From Phoronis australis (taxonomy: Eukaryota; Animalia; Phoronida), in assembly GCA_002633005.1 (NCBI GenBank), contig NMRA01000110.1:62001-126000 (forward strand): a stretch of DNA of 64,000 bases, given 5' to 3'. The position numbers and the translations under genes are program-made. The first letter of the stretch is position 1; each line of letters opens with the position of its first letter. Positions 1 through 11,699 of the stretch are shown piece by piece. The notes beneath the pieces are model-generated. The model ran no database searches. It was given only the letters and a program-made list of their open reading frames with translations, and was not told where the DNA came from.

Positions 1-935
1 GGCATTCTGTTTTCATTTGATGACACAATTTTGATTTCATAATTCAATATTTAATAGATCACTGGATGCCATCTGTTAGTTGATATATAAATTATTCTGA
101 TTATTAAAGTAACAAGTGACCACTATCACAAACACTAGCACCATAGCCTCCTTTACAACCGTGTCTTGCACATCACAACCATCGCCATCAGCACGACCAG
201 CACCAGCACTATCATTACCATAACTTACTTACCACCACCATCACCATCACAACCAATACCAACACTGTCACTGAAACAAATTCAGTCACAAAGGGAGTGA
301 ATGTCAAAGCACTCCATTAACTGATTTCCTCCATTTCGTTTACGTAGAACCCAACGCTGAACGCGCCGAGGAAGGGTGGTCGAGTGATGGTCAAGAAGCA
401 CACGTGCAAGTTTGCCCACTGCAACTTTGTGGTAAAAGGACACAGACATTCCAAGTACTTCATGGTCGACGAGCTTCCTCTGTCTGCCAACCACAGATAT
501 AGTGAAAAGCGGGTGAAACAAGCTCAGATGGTGATGAACGTTCTTATGGGAGGAGTGCTTCCTGGAAGGAAGTCTCAGAGTGCCAAAACAACCAAAAGCA
601 GCGTGCCTACCTAAGCATTTTTGCATCGCAGGAACTTTTACAAACGAGTGCCATATTGATGCAAGTGACATTATGGACAGAGATGTGGACCTGCGCTGAC
701 CCATCTCTCACTGTCGTCTCGCCGACTGAGCATTTGTTCATTCTTTTTACTTCCCTCCTTACACTGCATAGCCGACTTAAGGCAACATTTGCTTTCCAAA
801 GTTGTTTTATACTCATAAGTTTGGCCATCCGACTGTGCTAAGTGGATAATGACTTGCAACTCACCTTATAGGTCTGAAATTAAACAGTTGTGTTGGAGAG
901 AATAATGGGATGCCACTTTTTATATCCCTGATATA

Positions 936-1463
936 TCGGGTGTCCCAGAAATGTCTACCGTTTTGATTTGTAATCGCTGAATTATTTATCAACTGATATT
1001 TTAAAATTTGTCAGACAGTAGCTTCATAATGTTTACAGTCACAGTGCGAAACACCTTTGTGTTTTAGATTACGTCACGCAAGTACGGTTAATTTTTAAAC
1101 CTGCGACGTGACTGCGACACTAGTTCACGCCAATTACAATACTCTCCAGATTAAAGTTATTTTATTGAAATTGATAATTTCAATAGATAAGTTACTCTTA
1201 AACTAGAGCGTGGATTGTAATGACGGGTGTTATAACTGTTAATTACCGGCTATTTAGATGCTTTTCCACAGTTTTTAAAGTAGAACTTGCACGCCAACTC
1301 CTTATCTCTGTCATTGCTTGGTCAAATTAGTCAGAAACACAAGATATAACAACGATGTGAATACGAAGAACGTTGGAAATTGCCGAATGTTCTTAAGAAC
1401 GAGTTTTTGTCGAAAGAGATCTGCTGTAAATCACTCAACAATGTCCAGTAAGTATCGTGACGT
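936..1463 (+). mobile_element. Possible Tc1/mariner 5' end remnant
   Basis: TA followed by TCGGGTGTCCCAGAAA resembles Tc1/mariner TIRs. No partner TIR was found. Confidence 0.3.
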
Positions 1464-2105
1464 GGTGTTGGAGAATAATATTGCATGATGCAGGCTATGT
1501 GAGCCCAAAAGGTACATCATTAATGCAAAGGTCATTTATTTCCACAATTTTTTGTTTTCACATTTACTAGGTGTCATTGAATGCAACTGCACTATGTTTA
1601 GCGTAGATGATGTTCAAATAGCATTCTCGTTCAGTTCCTGCTATACATTAGCATGGTTAGGAGCATGCAAATAACGCAAATGATGAAGGGCGATGAAATA
1701 AATTACTTTCAACTTATGTATGCGTATAGTGTTTTGGTCTCTTAATCATACAGAGATACCTGAAGTAAAAAATGGGAGGTTTTTGGGACCCACAACATAT
1801 CGTACTTAAATTTTATCCAGTTTGTATATCAAATCGCCTGTTTCATAGGGAAACCTTAGCTGTGCCAAAACTTGAATTTGTCATTTGTGAAGTAAGGCGT
1901 AAAATAAGAATTTCAATAAGTTTTAATAATACAAATAGACATTGCAATTTGGTTCATACACGATCATCTGCAGTCTTTGAATTTTTTGCAACTAAGCACG
2001 TCGCCGGAATTAATTATACACGTGGTTGACCACAATGCCCGCTACGCTATACAGCCCAGAATTTGTAGTTTCCTTACACTACGGATACTGCGTTGTCTTA
2101 ATGTG

Positions 2106-4189
2106 TCAGTCTCTGAGAACATTGTCTTCATATGACAGTTTTGGGTACACATAAAGGCTCCCGTCTGCATGTATGGCTCGTGGGAAACGTGGGTGAACAT
2201 TGTCCACGACGTTTTGAATGTCGCTGTTCAGTTGAACATTTGTTACAATTTGGTGTGTTGATGCTCTTTGCGACATTAATGCATCGTGTCTGTGATGAAG
2301 TACTTCCCCACTACTGTCATCCGTGAGGGGGCGTAGACTTGGAGAGTTGCGTCTGGTGCTTTCCATTCTAGCCATTTCATCAGGGTTGACAGCTTGTGCT
2401 GGCAGCTTAGCTTGAGCATTTCTGTTGTTTCCATTCAGTGCCTGGTTGTCACGCGGGAGTGGCTGAAGGTAGGAACTATCTGTATGTGACATTGGAAAAC
2501 TTGAATGTGTTAACGCTTTGCGCAAGATGCCATCTGAATGCACAGGGGATTGATGCATGTCGGCACCTCGCCTGGTCTCAAATGACGCTCTCGTCGGACT
2601 CGTTAGTGACTCTCTAGTATGATTTAGTTTTTGCCCTTTGGGCATTTGTATATCATTAGTAATTTCTCCGTAGGTGAAACGGTAACTATCGTCATTGTAA
2701 CTTCTTGGAGGGTAGAGGTATAAGCTCTGGGCCACGTCTTTGCCATCACGCTGGCTACTACGTGTTTCCGGCAATAGTCGAATGCCTGATCTTGACATTG
2801 CCTCATCCATGGAAAACCGTTTGATTAACCCTGCTAACTGGCTACTTCCTAAATCTCGTTGCTTAGCATCGGAATTGCCATACTGGAAGTCATTCTTCTT
2901 ATTGCGAGCACGAGGTTGACCTTCTGGCATCGCCCCAAACAACCGATTTCGTTCTTGCAGCGGGAGTTCCGTTACGTCACTGCGTTGAGATGAACGTCTT
3001 GACAAGGGTTGGTGCTGCTTCGAGTGCCGACTTCTCTCAGATGTTTTCTTGTATAACAATGGTTTGCGACTCCACTCAGTTTGTCCCGGATCACCATCAT
3101 CATCATGGGTACCCAACGACGTATGTTCTGGCGTCATTTTTTTCATTTCCGATTGTGCCACTTCTATTGGCAATGATGTTCTGGTGAAGCTCGGTTGTTG
3201 CTTATCATCGGACGTCCTCCCAGATAGCACTGGTTTGTTAGTAGTCGCCATAATAGTTTTATCGATACTTTCCTTACGTTCGACTTTTGACGCGTCTACA
3301 GTTGTATTATCATTTGTTATTTTTAAGATGTTCAATATAGACGGTGTTGGCCACTTTCGCCAAACACTTTCGTCCTCTTCCACAGGCGGGGACGGCGAAG
3401 ACGAATTTGTAGATTGTCTGTGTTTTGAGGACCTGCAAGCTCGTTGTTTCAAAAACTTTTGTGAGGCGAACGCCGTCTTAACTCGCATTGGAGCGTGTGC
3501 CTGGTACTGCTTCTTAGGCAGAAGTGACCGTTTACCAGTAACTTTACATTTCCTAATTAATCGTTCTTGTTTATCATGTTTAAAAATTGTTGGCTCTTCG
3601 CATTGCTCGTCACTCGTTCTCGGTGCTGATATACAACGCGGTTTTCCAGTGAGAGTTTTGTATATTTTGGGGTAAAGGAAGTGCATGTTGTTTGTTTCCT
3701 CGTCGAATTGCTCAGCTTTGCTCGTCAACAAAAACGCGGCACCGCCGTTCATTTGACTTTCTTTCTCTGCATGGTTTTCACACGGTGAAGGGATTTTCAA
3801 CGGATCTAGACCGTCTTTTGTTCTTGGTGCATCCATGGCAAAGTCACTAACCGCGCTGTACACGGTGGCGACCTGCTTCAGTGCTTGTATCCCCGGGATA
3901 ACAGCGTTGACTTCTGACTCAGTAGCGCATGGGGCTTCTTCAAGTTTTTTTATAGCAGACGGACTGGCTACCAGCGGCCCTCCTCTCATGAAGCGCATTA
4001 AACGCTTCAGATAGATGTCGAATTCCCATTTAGAATAGTCACTGTACTCTTTGGTTTCCTGTAGGTAATCCCGGCGCTTCAAATAACCGTAAACGATGAA
4101 GACTGAAGTTAACACAGCCAGAACAGCCCACATTATAACTAGGAATACCTCGTCCCTGTTCACCACGTGTTTGTTCAAAAAGACATTCG
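2106..4189 (-). CDS. Terminal exon of a TSP1-repeat single-pass membrane protein (TM helix plus ~650-aa cytoplasmic tail)
   Basis: Open frame of about 2.1 kb starting at a tttcag acceptor (4190-4195), phase 1. Hydrophobic VFLVIMWAVLAVLTSVFIVYGYL is followed by basic KRR, then a long S/R/P/Q-rich tail to the TGA stop. Confidence 0.85.
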
Positions 4190-5262
4190 CTGAAATTACC
4201 AAAAATTAAAACATTTCGCGGCTTGTACTGTAAAGCATGACCACTCAGTTTAATATTTCCGTAAGACGTTAATGTGCTGAGATGTTTTTGAAACAGATTC
4301 AGTGAAATGCAGTTGCATTACTAAATAGACCGGGTTACAATGTGTGCCGAGTTTGTCAAAAAGTGTCGCGAACATATTTTCGTTCAGGGCGACAATATTT
4401 CTCGCGTTCACGGCTCATATTGTAGCACCGTGCACTTAATGTCGACTCTATCTGGCGACAATATACCCTGTATGTGCAGCGCAACAATATATTGCGTCAT
4501 ATTGTGATGCCAAATATTGTCACACCTTCAAAACGTTCATCTTCAGCGAGATTGCATGGCTGTGTACATCTAAGCCTACGCGATACTGGGTATAAGGCTC
4601 GCAGAAGGTATAGGAAAATACAAATTTCGGTGAAGGACTCTTGCGGTAGATGAGGTGGATATTTCAGGGAGTCTGAATGAATATCCAAAGTTCGATTATT
4701 TAGGCTGCCGAAAATTGGTGGAAGAATAACATGTCTTTAGTATCACGAATGTTAATGTTTGCAAAACCAACGCTAACGTGAACGAGACTCGCTACCATCA
4801 CAAACCATCCAGTGCTGAATCTTTCCGTCGTTCAACTTACTGCAATCTCGTTTCTTACAAATTTCTGGGCCTCTCTCAGACTCATTCCAAAGTACTCTTG
4901 TAAGCAGACTTTCTACCTTTCAGCTCCTTAAGAGTGCGACACTATGTATCGGTGTTCATTATTGTCACACCCCACAAATATTGTTGACCGGTCGATAATA
5001 TGTGTCGGGTGCGACAATACACGCCCTAACAACGTCTAGTTATTTGTAGATTCAATGTCCACGCGTTTGCGTAACCTTAGGTGGTAAACCCACTGAATAC
5101 AAAACACATCAAAACATTTTTTGGATTTGCCTCATGAGGGCATTGTTGTGTGCTGGTGTACATAAATTGCGTCATTCTACCACTGCGGTATCGTGAGGTT
5201 ATAAAGTGTGATAAACCATATGACTTGTAGGTACTTACTCGCGGAACCTGTTAACAACTTAC

Positions 5263-5499
5263 TGTATGAATTTTCAATGACTTTACAATCAATTCCGGTC
5301 AGACATATCCTAACTGCGTGTTTCTTGTTATTGCACATAAGCCCGTCCTCCGGCGTGGGTGGATTGGAGCAGTCTCTGGTGAACTGTCGTTGACCTTCAC
5401 CGCACGTGACACTGCAGTGCCCAACCGGCTGCCACGGCGCCCAGGCAGGGCCTGGGGTTGGTTTGGTTGGCTTTTTGGTGAACAGTTTGTCTATCACGT
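5263..5499 (-). CDS. Internal exon, thrombospondin type-1 repeat
   Basis: WAPWQPVGHCSVTCGEGQRQFTRDC motif; tttcttag acceptor and gtaagt donor (5257-5262); phase 1-1; joins in frame with the exon at 4189. Confidence 0.88.
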
Positions 5500-5876
5500 C
5501 TAAGAAATTTAGAGCAGAATGTAAGAAAGTCCTAATTGAACTCTCTGCAGACAGTGGTCTTGTCAGTTCCACCGCCTAACCAGTAGCTGTTTAAATACAT
5601 ATTTCGTCCACAATTTAAAAAGATAATGAGATAAGAAAACCCTACGACAGTATTGGGCATAATATTTACAGCTAACATGAACAAATTTGGAAAAGTTGGT
5701 TCTTGGAAAAACGGTTATTGTCTGCAACTGCTATGGGAAATTAAGCCTTGTTTCATTGTTTGGAAAAACTGCCTGTAGTATAGTACTCGTGAGATTTTTG
5801 CAACGAATGGCTAGGGCCTAGGTATAATTGGTGTTCTAAAAGGATATGTCTACTTATTGTTCTCACAGAGACTTAC

Positions 5877-6089
5877 TCTCAGTGGGACAGAGAGGCTGTT
5901 CGTTGCAATACTTCACACTGATGTTGTCCCCCTTGCACAAAGTGTAGTCGCGACGGTTCTTATCGCCAGCGTCCCCTCCCGGCTGACAGTAGCGATAGCG
6001 CTTCCTGAAACCCTTGTTGCCACATGTGACCGAGCACGCACCGAACTCGCCGAATGACGTCCACTGATAGTCCTGATTCTGTGATGCAA
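5877..6089 (-). CDS. Internal exon, thrombospondin type-1 repeat
   Basis: WTSFGEFGACSVTCGNKGFRKRYRYC motif; atag acceptor and gtaagt donor (5871-5876); phase 1-1. Upstream exons and signal peptide not located. Confidence 0.88.
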
Positions 6090-6779
6090 CTATGGTTGAA
6101 TAGAAATTGCCGATGAACAAATCATACATGCATGCATGGTGTATCGTCATTTCAATAACTTTGTTTTTTATTCAGTGTTCTTTCATACGTACGACAGCCT
6201 TTTAGAGTTGAACAAAAATAAATTCGAGAGATACAATGACTATATTTCTCGTAATAACGACTTAGTCATGCAATTTAGGCTTTTCATTCTGGTAATTGAC
6301 TTATCGCCAGGAGTTTGAGTGACGACTTAACTGATCAGAACGCAGCATTCTTAATACACCTTCAGTTCCAAGCCGCCATTTTACATATGTACCTGACTGA
6401 CAATTAACAGCACGTTGCAGAGTATAACTTATTGTTTGTTTGTCGACATTTTGCAAGGGGGGAGATTGAGATTGGTCAATTACGACCTTTTCTGGTACAA
6501 TTGTGACCTTTCGTACCAACACTATGCACGAACGAGACATGTTAGCTAGGGTCAAAGTTGCGAGGATCAACTTCTGTACTTCGTTTTTTCAGGCTATTTT
6601 GACGTGTACATGTATACAAATCCGATCTGGTGGAAATTGCACTTTTCAAGCGAACGGTAATTTACATGGGTAACGACAGGTTTATTTGAAGTACGTTTAC
6701 CGGTTTTCCGTTACTGGCTTAGAGGACGTCAGGCTCATTTTAAGGGTTCGTGATCCCATTGCAGTTGACCTAATGTACT

Positions 6780-7126
6780 TTTCTCAAGGAAGGGCACATC
6801 ATAGAAAACACATCTCTCGAGATTCTAACCGTTGTGTGTTGCACCCCAGCTATTCTACAGACCTGGCCCCGTCTGATTTTTTCCACATTTGTAGGCCTAC
6901 CTGCGTGGACGCCACTATGTGAGCGATAATGACGTCATGAGTGCCGTGTAGGAGTATTTTGAGGGCTCGACAAAAGTTTCTTTTACGAGAGCATTGCAAA
7001 ACTGGAGCACAGATGGAAGAAATGCATTGATGTATGGGGAGATTATATTGAAATATAAAAAGCAAAATTAGTTGTTATCGCGTTGTTTAATGGTTGAGGC
7101 CGAGAACTCATTGAACGACCCTCGTA
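6780..7126 (+). mobile_element. Mariner transposase 3' remnant with right TIR
   Basis: HPSYSTDLAPSDF matches the mariner YSPDLAPxD motif. A frameshifted C-terminus (CIDVWGDYIE) is followed by ttgaacgaccctcg plus TA. The left boundary is approximate. Confidence 0.85.
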
Positions 7127-9892
7127 TGCTGTTGACATGGAATGATGGCCGACCCGACCAAAATCAAGTCAAAAATTGAAACATAAATTGTGATAACTTT
7201 TGAATGCACCACGCGATTTTGATAACCTTTCATTTTTGTATTTCAGACATCAACACCTTCCATGTGATGTAGGTTTTTGTCTTCAAACGAAAAAAAAAAT
7301 TTCGGTTTAACCGCTTCGTACAGCTTCGAACCCTTAATTCAAAAGAACTTTTTTTTAAATAAAAGCTAAATTACCCTGATATAGTGCATAAATTGCAACA
7401 TTTTCTTAAAATCAAATGAATTGTTCATGTCAGCCTAAAAGGTGTCTCTAAGGTTGCCAACAGTTCTGTGTATTGGCACCAGGCAATTATTAATTACTTG
7501 TGCCTGCGTAATCTTTGACCAAAGGTCAGTTATGAACGCTCAGTGCCGAGTGATATGGTAATAGGGATATGTCAAACGGCATCATGGTGCCTAAAATGTT
7601 GATTCCCATTAATTATTTTTCTTGAAACCATTTTAAATGTAACGAAGATACAAAAACATTGGTTTAAAAGTGGATCATTTTTAGAGCAAAATGAAAAAAA
7701 CCATTCAAGAGATTTTTAAATTTGTTCACATATCCAAGATCTATCCAAAAACATATTATTTCAATGTCCACAGCCCGCAAAAAGGCTTGTAGAAGCACTT
7801 GAGTGACGCCCACTTTCAACACTACAAAAAGTGCTTACGGATTTACTTCCCCTGTCAAGTGATGAATGCAGCGGTTGTCCTCATGTCCCACTTCCTAATC
7901 CTATTATGTGTTTTCTCTCATTGGTAGACATCTACCTGTTGTTTTATATTGGAAATTTGCTGTTTTCAGTATGCAAAAACATGTCATTTTCTTCATAAAC
8001 CTTTGAAGGCCTGTAGGTAAAAAAGAAAGAGGTCAGAGCCACACCGTGATCACTAATACAAAGTTTAAGCTGAATCTGGAAGATGACCTTTAGAGTGATT
8101 TTTGATTTCTTTTGATTTTCTCGTGGAATGGCTCTTAATGCGGAAAACGGCTGAGTGTGTGTGACTGAGCTGGGAACAGAAATACAGTTTACAACAGCAC
8201 CACGGTAAAGATTATTATTAGAACGATTTTATGAGAGTTAAAGGACTAATTCGATTTTTGTTTTTAGTCAAATGAAAAGGGCTTTTACAAAGTTTCACGA
8301 GGCGTCCGGGTTCTTTTTAAGTAAAAAGTGATACTGTATATAGCAGTCGCTATCTGGTGGCGAACTCTAGACCAGCTGTAAGCCAATTCATCTGAACGCC
8401 GAGATCTATTCTTAACTCTCACAGGAAGCGATGCTATACAAATTACCTTCATCCCTGGTCATTGATCTTGACCAATCACGTTGCGTGTAATCGGAAAGTT
8501 TAATTGAGGCGTACTAAACGACTTTCGGAGTTCAGGGTTCGGGGTCTGATCGTTGTAGTAGAAATACATGTAGAGACTCGAAATTATTTTTGACATCAAT
8601 TCCGAACTTAGTCTACACAATCCTTTGCATCACTTGTAATTTACTCAAGTAGCGAGTGAGAGATGAACAGAAATTGTCAACAGCAGTTTCGAGTTCAATT
8701 TCGAGTAAAACGATTGGACCCCGGACCCTGGTCCGAGTTAAAAGTGTGGTTGTCTCGACTCCTAGTAAATACAAGTTTCACCATGTGTGTAGAAATATTT
8801 TTCTTACCAAACATAGCAACAGTCAACACAAGAACCGGAAGTACGGGGGGACCTGGAAAAATTAAATAAAAATTTAGCAAAGTACTACAGAATTTCGAGG
8901 AAGAGTCTCCCGGAACATATTATTTGCTATATTTCACTCAGCCTCGCTTCAGTGGATTGGGAGAGTGGAGGATTCGGGCTACGGGCTTCTGTTACTTACA
9001 AATAATCAACCCATCGGTTGCTACGTGGCTTTTTCAATCTACCAAGTTTGTGACCTGTGAGTAAGTCTAACTATTTCACTGTGTGTGTCCGCCTAAGATA
9101 CATTGTTAAAGTGCCCGAGGGATTAAAGAAACGTTTGGCAAGTTGTTCTAATTCACGAGGGTACCTTAAACAGTATTTGCGAGTATTTTATCCCGTGCAA
9201 AATGTTACTGTCAATCAGGAGCGGTTAAAAAGGGAGAGGTTTTGAAGCATGCTGAAACATTATTGTACAAGTAACATAATTCAAAGCCAGCTTGTCAACT
9301 AAAACCCATCCACAGAAAACAGAGTACAGATAAATTTCGGGAAAAAGAAGCTAGTGAACTCAAGAAATCGACAACCATTGGTGATCATGAAACGAAATAA
9401 CCAATCCTACCTTTCATTAGACCATTGCGAATGAAATGTTTCATTATCATAAATTCCAACTTCTTACTCGTCTCTTTGATTCTTTTTACCACAAATACAT
9501 ATACAGTGGTTGGTCGGCTAACAACAGCAGTGTTTAGAAATAAAAACATTGTTTCGCCAGTTGCATTTCTTGTGAATGTACTTATAACTTTTAACAATTA
9601 TCAAAGCATGTGCATAGCGCGCATAGCAACGTGACATCAATCTAAAAACAAGTACATGGAACGCGAACGCACAGTCGCGGGGATATTTTACTTTGCCAGA
9701 CAATCGCCACTTTTGAAAGTCAATAAGTTCATTCCTAAAATACGTATTTGGCTGTGTCAAAATTTTATCAATATCATTAACGCCGTATTACCTTGTCTTG
9801 AACATACGACAGGTGTGAAATTAGCCTTGATACATAACTTCAATATGAGGGTTGGCGTAGCCGTTTTGTGTGGAAAATCAAAAACAAAAGAA

Positions 9893-10871
9893 TGAAAGCG
9901 CTCGGAGGAGCGACAATTGGCGAAATTAACTGAAAAGACGACGATGGAGATGATGATGATTGTGGCAATGATGAACACAATGATAACATTCATATGACGA
10001 ACGTAGATGTTAGAAACCAGAAAGAACAAGACTTTAGCCTAACAGTGCAACAAAATCGGTCAACAAAAGAACAGCGTTTTCAGAAAATCTCGACTAATTC
10101 AAAAAGTAGACGTCGTAGCGCAAAATGAAAAATATCTTCTGAAAGCGCGCTCAAAGCTCTATCTAACGCGATAGTTTCACAAAACTCCGTAAAATTTTCG
10201 AAAAAATTGAAATTTGGCGTTTTTTTGAAATTCAAATGCGAATAACTCAAAAACGTTAAGTCTGAGAAAAATCATTTGAAAGAGTTTACCTCAGAGAATC
10301 AACATGCAAAAATTCACGTCATTTTCTTTTCACGTTTAAAATGGCACCCCAACACGACTGAAAATGGGTCAAAACGCGCCAGATCCGCCGTCTTGAAAGC
10401 AACTTCAGATTACTCATAACTGGATAATAGCTTGTCATAGGACTCCAATACTTGAACAATTTCGAAGCAATCGGTTTTATTATGCGCCCTCTACAGGAGA
10501 AAACGTTTTTACCCTTGAATCGAGATGCGCATGCGCCATGGCCAATATTTCCGCCATCTTTAAACCGGAAGTTCACGATTTTTCAGCATATATATAGTAT
10601 TTGTTTAGTTCTATGTTTTACCTATTTTCAATCGTGTGCTTTCATAATTGCAGTTTCCATGAGCATTTGAATCTGAAATTGGAAAAATTGGCCACCACTT
10701 CCCCCATCTTGAAACCCATCATGACCAAAAACAATAGGCTCCCAGTCCTTTCGGAGGTACAAGGGAACGAGGGAACCTATCAAAAATGCGACAAGTAGAG
10801 TGCGAAAAAACAAAAAAAGGAAAAACTTGACGTCAGAGCAACATACTTGGCGAAATTTATTTTGTCAAGAA
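9893..10871 (-). mobile_element. HINE/DINE-1-like non-autonomous Helentron, family A, copy 1
   Basis: Inverted pair TTGGCGAAATT/ATTTTGTCAA at 10847-10868; partner subTIR TTGGCGAAATT next to the stem-loop cgctc-ggag-gagcg near 9900; (GAT/GAC)n microsatellite; homologous to 27533-29676. Confidence 0.65.
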
Positions 10872-11570
10872 ATAGTAAAAAAAAAACGCCGCTGTTGGAA
10901 GGCTGACCTCTACTCATAAGTGTTGAGATATCCAGCAATCTGGTTCGGACAGGGACACTAAAGGAACGCAGTACAGAAAACTGCGTTATTCTGATAAAAC
11001 TCGTAAGATTCTATTTATTTATTAGTTTTATATTCCAACACTGCACGGGTACATGTTCATGTAGTGGTGACATTTTGCTAAAAATTCTCGTATGCAGAGA
11101 GTTATTTAATTGTGCAAAATAAAAAAGAATTATCAAAATCGGATCGTGTTTGAGAAATTTACGCACTTGTGTCTCTGAATTTCTTGCCTTTTTAGCGTTA
11201 CCAGTAGCCATTTTAAAAACCCAAATTTCAAGTGTCAACAATAGAAAAAATCACTTTATTAAATAAGCAATTGTTCTGATACGATTAGAAGTAGCTCGAG
11301 TCACTTTTAGAATCACTTAGATGAAGTTGTGCTTCATCATCAAGAAATGGTAGGGTTCACCCTAAGACACGAACTTGAAACAAAATTTGAAATTCATGTG
11401 TTTTTAACCCTTATCTACAGTAGAGAAGGTTAAAAAGTAAAGTTCACACACCGTAACAAAAAGAACTGCATCATATGTTAGCTTAGGCAAAACAACAAAT
11501 TGTTCAATATCTAAACAGATATTAACTGGGGTCTGTTATGTCGAAAAAGGCCAAAAGGCAAAAAAGTGTA

Positions 11571-11699
11571 GTATACTGTACATGTACATGTACACGTACA
11601 TGTACATATACGTGTACATGTACACTTATATACGTGTACATATATGTGTACATGTACGTGTACCTGTACGTGCACATATACGTGTACATGTATACGTAC
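11571..11699. repeat. Alternating purine-pyrimidine microsatellite (TACATG/TACACG-type)
   Basis: Directly visible tandem hexamers. Confidence 0.9.

Noticed and set aside
3049-3675. 208-aa plus-strand ORF and similar antisense ORFs over gag-pol and the P450 exon
   Set aside because: Shadow ORFs opposite real coding sequence, with no motifs.
8445-8612. Upstream exon of the TSP1 gene
   Set aside because: Splice-like ends, but all three frames contain stops and there is no signal peptide.
11404-11433. Minimal piggyBac-like hairpin TTAACCCTT...AAGGTTAA
   Set aside because: Too short and imperfect to distinguish from chance in AT-rich DNA.
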